A DNA stretch of 63,086 nucleotides, filler included, from Dehalococcoidia bacterium (GTDB lineage Bacteria; Chloroflexota; Dehalococcoidia; DSTF01; JACRBR01): NCBI GenBank assembly GCA_041494685.1. It is 3 parts of 3 records of this genome, joined end to end, with 100 filler letters (N's around TTAATTAATTAA, not from the genome) between each part and the next. Parts side by side here need not be neighbours in the genome. Positions count along the whole stretch, not along the records: positions 1 to 21,240 come from JBGQBE010000008.1; 2 more parts are not named here. The stretch is one strand, 5' to 3'. Each line of letters starts with the position of its first letter. Within the stretch, counting starts at the first letter, position 1. Of the stretch, positions 1 to 8,767 are shown one piece after another. The notes beneath the pieces are model-generated. The model had not been told where the DNA came from, ran no database searches, and saw only the letters and a program-made list of their open reading frames with translations. A program made the position numbers and the translations under genes.

Positions 1-238
1 AGGCGTCGGGCTACGCACCCACCTACTCCAACGGCACGTACGACTACAGAGCGGCGACTGCCGTCACCGTGTCGAGCGGCACGACGACGCCCGGCATCAA
101 CTTCGCGCTCGCCCGGGCCGGCAATATCGCTGGCAACGTGACAAACGCACTTGGCACGCCGATCGCCGGCGCGAACGTCTGGGCGAGTGCCTCGGGATGC
201 TGCGGCGGCGGGAGTACCACGACCGCCGCGGACGGCAC
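1..238 (+). repeat. Near-identical copy of 62849-63086 (probable contig overlap)
   Basis: Manual alignment gives 7 mismatches in 238 bp, in the same reading frame. Confidence 0.9.
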
Positions 239-1712
239 GTATCTGATGACCAATCTCGTGCCAGCCTCGTACGTCGTGCAGGCCCAGGCGTCAGGCTACG
301 CATCCACCTACTACAACGGCACGTACGAGTACGGCGCGGCGACGCTCGTGACGGTGACGAGCGGCACGACGACGCCCGGCATCAACTTCGCGCTCGCCCA
401 GGCCGGCAGTATCGCCGGCAACGTGACAGACGCCCTCGGCACGCCGATCGCCGGCGCGAGCGTCGAGGCGAGCGGCGCCGCTTGCTGTGGTTCCGGCTAT
501 GCCACGACCGCTGCCGACGGCACGTACGTCATCACTGACCTTGTGCCGGGCAGCTACCGCGTGTGGGCGTCGGGCTCGACGTGCGGATTCTCCTCGCCGC
601 CCAGCCTGTCGTGCGTCGTGTACCCGCAGCGGTACTACAACGGCACCTACGACTACGGCGCGGCGACGCTCGTGCCGGTTGCGAGCGGCGCCACGACGCC
701 CGGCATCAACTTCGCGCTCGCGGCCGGCGGCGGCATCACCGGCACCGTAACGAACGCCCTCGGCACACCGATCGCCGGAGCGAACGTCTCGGCCTACGCG
801 ACAACGTGTTGTGCCTACGGTGGTCTCGCGACGACCGCTGCCGACGGGACGTACGTCCTCGCCGGGCTCCCTCCGGTCCCGACCATCGTGCAGGCGTCGG
901 TCATCTGCCCTCCGCCAGCACCACCCTCATCGCCACCGGCAGGGCCGTGTACGCCGTATCCGGTGTGGTACTACGACGGCACGTGCGAGTACGCGGCGGC
1001 GACGCCCGTTTCGGTCGCCAGCGGTGGAACAGCGACGAACATCAATATCACGCTACGGCCAGCGAACCCCGACTGCTTCGACCAGGCGGTTCCTGTCGGC
1101 GGCCTCCCATACACGGATGCTCGCAGCACGGCAGGCGCATCGACCGCACCTGGCGAGAACCTCCCATGCGGCAACATGGGGGCTACGGTCTGGTACCAGT
1201 ACACAGCACCTTCTTCGGCAGTGAAATTCCGCACGACGAGCGTCGACACCGTGGGCAGCAACTTCAACACGGTAGTCGCCGTGTACAGTCAGGGTGTATC
1301 GCCGCCCAGCATCCTGACGCTCGTCGGGTGCAACGCCAGCGGTTCAGGATCGCTCGTGAACTTCAGCGCGAGTCCGGACACGCGGTACTACATCCAGATA
1401 GGCGGACAGTCCGGCGCTACGGGCCAGCTGACCGTCCATGTCTCACCCGACACAGACGGGGACGGATACACCGACATCGAGGAGACGCGCCTTGGTGAAG
1501 ACCCGCTCACCTTCTGCCCGATCATGAGGGCAGACGTGACGGGAGATGGCGTCGTGGCGATTGACGATATTGGCAAGGTCGCCATCTACTTCGCCCAGGC
1601 CATTCCGCCCGCCCCTGCGCGATATGACCAGTACTTCGACGGCAAGATTACGATCCCCGACCTGGGGAAACAGGCGTTGGTCTTCGGGCAACATGTGGGT
1701 GCGTGTCCGTAG
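1..1712 (+). CDS. C-terminal part of a large secreted repeat protein: carboxypeptidase-regulatory-like repeats, a beta-rich domain and a dockerin-like tail (5' truncated)
   Basis: Frame is open from the window start. Repeats of GxIxGxVTxALGTPIAGA...TTAADGTY...YYNGTYxY...TPGINFAL. Tail DTDGDGYTD...RADVTGDGVVAIDD...YDQYFDGKITIPD...ACP stop. Confidence 0.85.
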   Translation, partial: ASGYAPTYSNGTYDYRAATAVTVSSGTTTPGINFALARAGNIAGNVTNALGTPIAGANVWASASGCCGGGSTTTAADGTYLMTNLVPASYVVQAQASGYASTYYNGTYEYGAATLVTVTSGTTTPGINFALAQAGSIAGNVTDALGTPIAGASVEASGAACCGSGYATTAADGTYVITDLVPGSYRVWASGSTCGFSSPPSLSCVVYPQRYYNGTYDYGAATLVPVASGATTPGINFALAAGGGITGTVTNALGTPIAGANVSAYATTCCAYGGLATTAADGTYVLAGLPPVPTIVQASVICPPPAPPSSPPAGPCTPYPVWYYDGTCEYAAATPVSVASGGTATNINITLRPANPDCFDQAVPVGGLPYTDARSTAGASTAPGENLPCGNMGATVWYQYTAPSSAVKFRTTSVDTVGSNFNTVVAVYSQGVSPPSILTLVGCNASGSGSLVNFSASPDTRYYIQIGGQSGATGQLTVHVSPDTDGDGYTDIEETRLGEDPLTFCPIMRADVTGDGVVAIDDIGKVAIYFAQAIPPAPARYDQYFDGKITIPDLGKQALVFGQHVGACP

Positions 1713-1805
1713 CAGGGTCCGGCCAACGGATGCGTCCGAGGACTCCATCCGGCAGGGCCGCCGGCGGTCATATGCGGGCGCGAAGCCCTCGCGGTTCCTG
1801 TCTCC

Positions 1806-1834
1806 TTGACTTCATCGTTGTACAGTCATATAGT
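1806..1834 (+). promoter_or_regulatory. Sigma70-like promoter of the ArsR gene, probably leaderless
   Basis: TTGACT (1806-1811), 17 bp spacer, TATAGT (1829-1834), ATG at 1842. Confidence 0.7.
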
Positions 1835-1841
1835 ATGGGCC

Positions 1842-2177
1842 ATGTCGCACTTGATTCCCGAATCTCTGATCGAGCACGTCGCCGAGCGGTTCCGTGTGCT
1901 GGGAGATGCCACTCGGCTGTCGATCCTGCGCCTCTTACTGGAGCGGGGGGAGCTCAACGTCGGCGAGATCTGCGACGCCCTTGAGGGCAGCAGCCAGGCG
2001 AACGTCAGCAAACACCTGCGCATTCTCCACGTAGCCGGCATCGTTTCCCGGCGCCGGGAGGGTACCGCGGCCTACTACAGGATTGCTGATCCCAGCATTG
2101 CTGAGCTTTGCGACATGGTCTGCGACCGTCTCACCGTTCAGGCCGTCGAAGAAGCCCGGACCTTCGCTATCGCCTGA
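1842..2177 (+). CDS. ArsR/SmtB family transcriptional regulator
   Basis: FRVLGDATRLSIL...SQANVSKHLRIL...YYRI winged HTH; C-terminal CxxxC. Confidence 0.92.
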   Translation: MSHLIPESLIEHVAERFRVLGDATRLSILRLLLERGELNVGEICDALEGSSQANVSKHLRILHVAGIVSRRREGTAAYYRIADPSIAELCDMVCDRLTVQAVEEARTFAIA

Positions 2178-2246
2178 CTCCGGCACGGCCAAGAGTCGTC
2201 TCTTTCTTGCGCTATCTATCACTATATAGTTGAGGAGTAACGATTG

Positions 2247-4331
2247 ATGGACTCCGCACCTCTGTCCCGCATCGGCCGCGCCGCGCATCGCCACAGGTTT
2301 GCCGCCATCGTCAGCTGGGCCATCATCGCCGTCAGCCTAGGGCTCTTCGCACCCCGCCTCGAGAGTGCGCTGTCCGGCGCAATGTGGGAGGTCAACGGCA
2401 GCGACTCTCTCGCGGCCCGCCAGCTCATCGATCGGGAATTCGGCGGCTTTTCTTCCCAGTCCGCGGTCGCCGTGATCCACAGCGACACCGTCAGAGCTGA
2501 CGAGCGACGATTTCAGGCCAAGGTGGACGCGGCTGCCGGCATCTTCGCCGCCGACCCGGCTCTCTCACCCGCCGCGCCTCCTCAGGTCAGCCGGGACGGC
2601 CACACCGTCATGCTGCAGGCCGGCTCAATCGTCGACCCGACCGAGTCGGTGCGTGTGGCCGAGCGCCTCTCCCCCGCTATCAACGAACTCAGCGGTGACA
2701 GCTTCACCGTCGCGCTCACGGGCTCGCCAGCGTTCTGGGCCGACTTCAACGCCGTCAACCGCGACGGCATGATGAAAGCGGAGTTCATCACCTGGCCGGT
2801 CACCGCTATCATCCTCGTGTTGGCCTTTGGGACGCTCGCCGCGGCCGGGCTGCCGCTTGTCCTCACCGCGGCAGGTCTGGTCTCCTCCATGGGGATCCTC
2901 TTCGGCATTACTCAGTTCACCGATCTCTCGATCTGGACACTCAACTTCGCCATGATGTTCGCCCTGGCGTTGGGCATCGACTACGCGCTGTTCATCGTGA
3001 CGCGCTTCCGCGGCGCCCTGCATGCCACACCGGACGACGTACACGGGGCTGTAGGCGTTGCCATGGACACAGCCGGTAAGGCGGTGCTGTTCAGCGGCCT
3101 GACGGTGCTGATCAGTCTCTCGGCCGTGCTACTGGTGCCTGTCCCGGCCTTCCGATCGATGGCTGCCGGCATGATGCTGTCGGTCAGCTTCGTCCTGCTC
3201 GCCGCCCTGACGTTGCTGCCCGCGATCCTGGGGCACGGCGTGAACCGCTTCGCGCTGCCCTGGCACGCGGCCGGGGATCACCGGAGCCCCTGGTGGGCCC
3301 GCTTCGCACAGCGTATCCAGAAGCGCGCCGTGCTCTTTGCCCTGGCAGCCGCGGCGTCCCTGCTGCTCCTTGCGACGCCGCTACTCGGTCTGGAAACCGG
3401 CATGCCGGGCATCAGCGTCCTGCCGAAGGACCGCCCGGCGCGCGTGGGCTATGACCTGTTGGCCTCAGCATTCGGTCCGGGCGGACCGGGGCCGCTACAG
3501 ATCGTCGTGCCGGCCAGCGTTGATGCGGCGGCGATCTCCGAGACTGTCGCGGCCAAGCAGGGCATCGCGGCCGTCTTCCCGGCGCAGCTGGGCGCCGGCG
3601 GATCGACGCTCATTACCGCGATCGCTACGACGGATCCGTCCAGCAAGGCGTCCAGCGACCTCGTTGGCTCGTTGCGAGCGGAGTTGCCGCCAGGCGTCCT
3701 GGTCGGCGGACCCGTGGCCGAGAACCACGACCTGGACCAGACACTGCGGTCGCGCGCGCCAATCGTGATCGGCGCGGTCCTGCTGCTGGGTTTCCTGCTG
3801 CTGCTCCTTGCCCTGCGGGCCGTCTTCATCGCGGTCGCGGGTGTGCTCTTCAACCTGCTCTCAGTGGGGGCTGCCTTCGGCGTCGGCGCGCTCGCGTTTC
3901 AACACGGCTGGGCAGCCGGGCCGATGGGCTTCGAGAGTCAGGGCTATCTCACGTCCTGGGCGCCGCTCTTCTTCTTCGCGCTGGTCTTCGCCATCTCGAT
4001 GGACTACACGGTCTTCCTGCTCGCGTCTGCCCGCGAGCACTTCGAGCGGTCAAACGACGCCAGCGAGGCGGTCGAGGGGGCGCTGGCCCATACGGGCCGG
4101 CCGATCGTCGCCGCGGCAGGCGTCATGGTCGCCGTGTTCTTCACCTTCGCCATCGCCGGCACGCTGCCGATGAAGGAGATGGGGCTCATCCTCGGCACAG
4201 CCGTGCTGCTGGACGCCTTTCTCGTCCGACTGGTCCTGGTGCCGGCCGTGCTGCACATCGTCGGCCGCAGAGCCTGGTGGCTGCCACGATTCGTCGATCG
4301 CGTCCTGCCGGAGGTCCGCTTCTCCCACTGA
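2247..4331 (+). CDS. MMPL family RND transporter
   Basis: Two membrane repeats with LGIDYALF and ISMDYTVFL motifs, C-terminal WWLP; RBS GAGGAG upstream. Confidence 0.93.
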   Translation: MDSAPLSRIGRAAHRHRFAAIVSWAIIAVSLGLFAPRLESALSGAMWEVNGSDSLAARQLIDREFGGFSSQSAVAVIHSDTVRADERRFQAKVDAAAGIFAADPALSPAAPPQVSRDGHTVMLQAGSIVDPTESVRVAERLSPAINELSGDSFTVALTGSPAFWADFNAVNRDGMMKAEFITWPVTAIILVLAFGTLAAAGLPLVLTAAGLVSSMGILFGITQFTDLSIWTLNFAMMFALALGIDYALFIVTRFRGALHATPDDVHGAVGVAMDTAGKAVLFSGLTVLISLSAVLLVPVPAFRSMAAGMMLSVSFVLLAALTLLPAILGHGVNRFALPWHAAGDHRSPWWARFAQRIQKRAVLFALAAAASLLLLATPLLGLETGMPGISVLPKDRPARVGYDLLASAFGPGGPGPLQIVVPASVDAAAISETVAAKQGIAAVFPAQLGAGGSTLITAIATTDPSSKASSDLVGSLRAELPPGVLVGGPVAENHDLDQTLRSRAPIVIGAVLLLGFLLLLLALRAVFIAVAGVLFNLLSVGAAFGVGALAFQHGWAAGPMGFESQGYLTSWAPLFFFALVFAISMDYTVFLLASAREHFERSNDASEAVEGALAHTGRPIVAAAGVMVAVFFTFAIAGTLPMKEMGLILGTAVLLDAFLVRLVLVPAVLHIVGRRAWWLPRFVDRVLPEVRFSH

Positions 4332-4357
4332 CCAGTGCTCATCTCAGGAGGATTGCT

Positions 4358-4630
4358 ATGAGTTCACAACCGACATCTGCCGGAACCCGCGTATTCGAAC
4401 GCTTCATGGCCTCGGGCGCCGGCCGAGCAACCAGGGCCCTCTTCGGAGTCACCGTCGTCGCGGCCGGGCTTGCCGTTGTGCCCAGGCCGGCGGGTCTGGT
4501 GGTGGCAGCGTTTGGGCTCGTGCCCATCGCGGCTGGCCTGTTCAACCTCTGCCCGATAGCGCCGTTCTGGGGAGGCCACTTCTTCGGCCTGCGGTATTGC
4601 CAGCCGAGAAACGGGACCAACTCGGACTGA
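4358..4630 (+). CDS. YgaP-like (DUF2892) small membrane protein
   Basis: GRATR followed by two TM helices and GLFNLCPI; RBS AGGAGG. Confidence 0.75.
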   Translation: MSSQPTSAGTRVFERFMASGAGRATRALFGVTVVAAGLAVVPRPAGLVVAAFGLVPIAAGLFNLCPIAPFWGGHFFGLRYCQPRNGTNSD

Positions 4631-4640
4631 GAAGGACAAT

Positions 4641-4662
4641 TGGCGCCGAAGGTGGGAGTCGA
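4641..4662 (-). repeat. tRNA-Leu 3'-end fragment (att-like direct repeat)
   Basis: Minus strand reads TCGACTCCCACCTTCGGCGCCA. 18 bp (4645-4662) are identical to 12578-12595. Confidence 0.75.
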
Positions 4663-4885
4663 CGTCGCCCGCAGCATTGGACTCGCCCGCCTGAGGGCAG
4701 CAAGACGGCGGAGCGCTCACCGGGCAGGTGAGACTGATCCGCTCCGTGCCGCGCGGGCTGACAATCGACCCGCGAGGCTGCACGGGGATCGTAACACCCG
4801 TGTCAACGGCCTCAGTCAAGAATCACTTCCGCGCCCGGGTCGGACCGTGGCCATGGGCGCGCGGGCGAAGGACCCCCTTTCGCTC

Positions 4886-5341
4886 TCAGCCGCCGCTCAT
4901 CTGCGAGATGAGGTCCACCACTTGGCCGTTGGCGAGCACCGTGTCCGGCGGCTGCGCCTCGTCGGACACGGCTACGAGGATGCTCGGTCCCATCGAAGCC
5001 AGGACCGGGTACGCCTCGCCCAGCCGATTCAACAGCGTGCCGACCGTTCCACCCGGCGGGAGCGTCACGGTGACGATCCGGTTGCCCACCAGGCGTTCTA
5101 GCGCGGCCGACAGCCGGACGCGCACCGCGATGGTCCGCGGCGTCAACAGACGCCCCGCAGCAGCGCCGCCGTTGGCGCCGGCATCCGCGGTGAGCGAAGA
5201 CTCGGCATGCGCCGGCCGATGAGGCCGCAGGTACGAGCCGCCCCATACGAACGCGATCGCGCTGGCGAGAGCGACCGGACCGGTCAGGATTAAGAACCTG
5301 CTTCGATCTGCCCGCTGGTTGCCACGGCGTCTCTCGGTCAT
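4886..5341 (-). CDS. MoaD/ThiS ubiquitin-like protein with N-terminal hydrophobic segment
   Basis: Beta-grasp-like pattern VRVRLSAALERLVG...TVGTLL...ILVAV, ending in ISQMSGG. Confidence 0.75.
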   Translation of the reverse strand: MTERRRGNQRADRSRFLILTGPVALASAIAFVWGGSYLRPHRPAHAESSLTADAGANGGAAAGRLLTPRTIAVRVRLSAALERLVGNRIVTVTLPPGGTVGTLLNRLGEAYPVLASMGPSILVAVSDEAQPPDTVLANGQVVDLISQMSGG

Positions 5342-5349
5342 CGCGCGCC

Positions 5350-6438
5350 CTACTTGACTTCGATCAGTCCGACGGCGCCCAACCCGGTGTAAGCGAAGCT
5401 GTGCGTCACGAACGGATACTGGCCGGCCTCCGGGATGGTCAGTTCGAACGTCGCGCCGCCGCCGGGCGGGATGGTCCAGGTCTGCACGCCTCGCAGGACG
5501 TTGGCCGGGTTGCCGTCGGGGTACACCTTGTCGAAGATGGCGCCGATGACGTGGAACGCGGAGAAGAGCGTCGGGCCCGCGTTGACCACGTGCAGGCGGA
5601 TCAATTCACCGGGCGACGCCTGCAGCGGCTGCTGCTGGTACTGGTTCGCCGCGCCGTTAAAGACGACGAAGTCCGGCAAGATCGCCTGGGCGCGCGTGAG
5701 GTCGCCGCCCCAGTTCCCGCTGGCGCCCTTCGACAGGTAGAACTCGCTCTGCACCAGCACGTACTCTCGCGCCGGCGCGAGGGGCTGCGTGGGGTCGACG
5801 ACCACGGCGCCGTACATCCCGTTGATCAGGTGTTGCAGCACCGGGCCGGTGCCGCAGTGGTACATGAAGACGCCCGGGTAGTTGGCCTTCCAGTTGAAGC
5901 TGATCTCCTGGCCCGGGATGATCGTCTTGTAGCTGACGTTCCAGGGCGTCTGCGCGGCGTGGAAGTCGATCGAGTGGCCCATGGTGCCGCCGTTGTGCAA
6001 CGTGAACGCGATCGCATCGCCCTGGCGGACGTGCACCACGTTGCCCGGCAGGACGCCGTCGAAGGTCCAGGCGTCCATCGTCACGCCCGCCGCCACTTCG
6101 TGCGTCAGCTCCTTCGTGTCGATGCGCAGCGTCTTCGACGGGTTGGGGTCGGCCGGCTTCAGCGCCGCGTCGTACACGGCCGCGAGCTTGCCGCTCGCCT
6201 TCGGGCGGTCTGAGCCGGGTGCGACAGTCGGCATGCTGTTGCCGCCGGACGCGGCCGCTGTCGGTGAGCCGGCCGCGCCGGCCTGACCGGCGGAGAACGG
6301 AGGTGCGCCGGGCTTCTCGTACACGCCGCCCGGGTCGCCGCACGCCGCTGCGACCACGCCGGCGGCAGCCAGCCCGCCGGTCAGGCCCAGGAACCTGCGT
6401 CGGTCGAGCGGCTTGGTCAGGCGGTCGATCTCGTTCAT
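5350..6438 (-). CDS. nirK: Copper-containing nitrite reductase, Tat-exported lipoprotein
   Basis: HSIDFH, YHC, QHLINGM, FHVIG and FVTH supply the type 1 and type 2 Cu ligands and catalytic Asp/His; RRRFL Tat motif and AAAC lipobox. Confidence 0.88.
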   Translation of the reverse strand: MNEIDRLTKPLDRRRFLGLTGGLAAAGVVAAACGDPGGVYEKPGAPPFSAGQAGAAGSPTAAASGGNSMPTVAPGSDRPKASGKLAAVYDAALKPADPNPSKTLRIDTKELTHEVAAGVTMDAWTFDGVLPGNVVHVRQGDAIAFTLHNGGTMGHSIDFHAAQTPWNVSYKTIIPGQEISFNWKANYPGVFMYHCGTGPVLQHLINGMYGAVVVDPTQPLAPAREYVLVQSEFYLSKGASGNWGGDLTRAQAILPDFVVFNGAANQYQQQPLQASPGELIRLHVVNAGPTLFSAFHVIGAIFDKVYPDGNPANVLRGVQTWTIPPGGGATFELTIPEAGQYPFVTHSFAYTGLGAVGLIEVK

Positions 6439-6503
6439 GGACTTTTCTCCTTGCTCCCACTCAGTCTCAGAGGCCGGACGGCGCCCTGAGACATACTACG
6501 CTT

Positions 6504-8705
6504 TCACCAGCCGACAGCTGCGCGCGCCGCTGGCGACATCCGCTCCGGCGTCCACGCTGGCTGCTCGACGACGTCCACGTCTACCGTCTCGATGCCATGT
6601 ACGCCGAGGAGCGCGCCCCGCACTTGCTCCTCCACTTCGTCGGCCATCGGGCAGCCTGGCGCCGTGAGCGTCATCCTCACGTGCGCATACGCGTCGCGCA
6701 CGGCCACGCCGTACACCAGGCCGAGGTCGACGATGTTGACCGGAATCTCCGGGTCGTTGCACGTCTTCAACGCCGTCCGCACCGCCTCTTCCGTCACCGT
6801 CGTTTCGATGAGCTTGATATCGATAGGCGCGACAGCTTCACCACGCTCTGGCTGCGGCGTCCTTCCGATCGCCATGTTGAGCGTATCGACGAGCGCGTCG
6901 GGATCGGCGCTCAGGAATGCCGCCGCGCGTTCGAGCGTGATCGTCGGCGCCATGCGCGCGCGCATCTCCGGATCGGCGATCGGGCCGAAGCCGTAGTCCA
7001 GCAGCACCGTCAGCACGATGGGGCTGAGCGCTAACGCCTCGGCGACGGTCATGTCGCGCCGCACGGGCCCGGCCGGCCGCCGCCCGCCCGCACGCCCGGT
7101 CTCCGTGGGATCAGGGCCGCCTTCCGGCGCGCGGGTTCGCTGGTCGAGCGGCGCGGGAGTGGCAGCCCCCGCGGCGCCCTCCGCGGCAGCCGCGAAGCGT
7201 GCGAACATCGACGTTGTCAGCTCGACGAAGAACGTGCCGAGTCCGAAGAACAGCAGCACGCCACCCGCGGTCAGCAGCTTGAAGTCCAGCTTCGATGGCG
7301 CCGGCGTGAAGGCCACCGGAAACACGCGCAACACGCCGGCGGCGGCGACCATCAGGTACGACGCCGGCACGCCGGCCGGCCAGCGCAGCGCGCGACCGGA
7401 GAACACCGGCACTGTGCGGTACGCCATCGCCATGATCATCAGCGTCGCGAAGCCCAGCAAGAATGCGTGGCGGATTGCGCCCGCGGCATAGAACGGCGTG
7501 AAGCCGCCGTCCAGCTCGCGCAGTCGCCAGTAGACGTCCAGCGCCGCACCGATCAACAGCCAGGCGTATGCCGTCTGCACCATCGATCGGTACGCGGGCG
7601 GCGCCTCGACGGGCGGCGCTTCCGACGTGGGGGACTCGAACACGCGCAGCGCGGCGGCCGCCGCGGCCACGCCGACCGCCAGGGTGAACGTGGCGACATA
7701 GTCGACCTGACTCGTCCAGCCGTACCGGCCGAACTCCGGCGCCCACACGGCCGCGACGCGAAGCGGCAGCGCGACGACGATCGCCGCGAACGCCGCGTCT
7801 CTCAGCCACCCGTACGCCGGCCTCAGCGACAGGAAGAACGGGAGCGCCCGGAACGACACGCCGAGCACGAACAGCACCACGAAGCCGTAGACGGCCCCCT
7901 CGAGCAGCGCCGCGTCGCCGGCTACGTTGAGCACCCGCTGGCCGTCCACTGCGGCTCGCAGCGTGAGGTACGCGTTGATACCGGCCAGCGCGGCGAGCCA
8001 CGCCGTCGCCGCCTGGACGAACCGATCGAACGGCTCGCGCTTGTCGCGCGCGCGCCAGAAGATCCCGGCGACGAGCGCCGCGAAGAGCGCGACGCCCGCG
8101 ATCTCGACCAGCGCCGAAGCGCCAAGCAGCCAGCGCAGGAACCCCTGTCCGTGCGGCTGCGCCAGGGCGCGCATCAGCACGCCGGCCAGCATGGTCCAGT
8201 ACGTCGCCAGCACGAGCCGGCGGTCCGGAGGCGCCTGCCCTTTGAAGCGCGGCAGGACGTGCAGCGCGATGCCCATGATGAACAAGACCAGGTAACCGAA
8301 CACCTGGATGTGTCCGTGCGTCTGGACCAGCGCGAGCCACGCCTCGCCGCGCAGGCCGCCCCAGCCGCCTCCCGTCATCGCCGCCGCGATCCCGGACGTG
8401 ACACCGGCACCGAGCGCGAGCACGAGCGACGTCGTCAGGAAGAGCGGGTACGTATGCCCGCCGGCGTCCACCGCTCGGCGCGGCCGCACGCCCGTTCGGA
8501 CGAGCGACGCGGCGTACTCGTTCAGCTCGGCAACGAGCTGCCGCGGGTCGACGTGGTGGACGGCGGCGAAGAATCCGATCGGCTCCGCCGGCCCGTCAGG
8601 ACCGCCGCAGCCGGTGAGCCCGTGCTTGTCAAAGATCTGTTCGGCGCCCGGGCAGGACGCAACCGCTTCGCGGACGGTCGTGCGAGTGGTGATCGGTCCG
8701 GCCAT
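6504..8705 (-). CDS. Fusion protein: DUF1858/ScdA_N-like, NnrS-like membrane domain, DUF1858-like, DUF59/SufT
   Basis: N-terminal TVREAV...GLTGCGG; HGHIQVFG and AIRHAFLLGF in a multi-TM core; MTVAEAL...TITLERAA; DPEIPVNIVDLGLVY...TAPGCP...WTPERMS. Confidence 0.8.
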   Translation of the reverse strand: MAGPITTRTTVREAVASCPGAEQIFDKHGLTGCGGPDGPAEPIGFFAAVHHVDPRQLVAELNEYAASLVRTGVRPRRAVDAGGHTYPLFLTTSLVLALGAGVTSGIAAAMTGGGWGGLRGEAWLALVQTHGHIQVFGYLVLFIMGIALHVLPRFKGQAPPDRRLVLATYWTMLAGVLMRALAQPHGQGFLRWLLGASALVEIAGVALFAALVAGIFWRARDKREPFDRFVQAATAWLAALAGINAYLTLRAAVDGQRVLNVAGDAALLEGAVYGFVVLFVLGVSFRALPFFLSLRPAYGWLRDAAFAAIVVALPLRVAAVWAPEFGRYGWTSQVDYVATFTLAVGVAAAAAALRVFESPTSEAPPVEAPPAYRSMVQTAYAWLLIGAALDVYWRLRELDGGFTPFYAAGAIRHAFLLGFATLMIMAMAYRTVPVFSGRALRWPAGVPASYLMVAAAGVLRVFPVAFTPAPSKLDFKLLTAGGVLLFFGLGTFFVELTTSMFARFAAAAEGAAGAATPAPLDQRTRAPEGGPDPTETGRAGGRRPAGPVRRDMTVAEALALSPIVLTVLLDYGFGPIADPEMRARMAPTITLERAAAFLSADPDALVDTLNMAIGRTPQPERGEAVAPIDIKLIETTVTEEAVRTALKTCNDPEIPVNIVDLGLVYGVAVRDAYAHVRMTLTAPGCPMADEVEEQVRGALLGVHGIETVDVDVVEQPAWTPERMSPAARAAVGW

Positions 8706-8751
8706 GGCAGCGCCTCCTCGTGCACCCTATTCGACCTGCGACCCGCTCCGC

Positions 8752-8767
8752 TGTAACTTAGGTCTCA
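8752..8767. promoter_or_regulatory. Crp/Fnr-type binding site between divergent genes
   Basis: TGTAACTTAGGTCTCA resembles TGTGA-N6-TCACA and matches the reverse complement of the 9454-9469 site. Confidence 0.65.

Noticed and set aside
4700..4750. Nested hairpin (CGGAGCG/CGCTCCG, CTCACC/GGTGAG) next to the att fragment
   Set aside because: Short stems are common at this GC content, and there is no second copy to support it.
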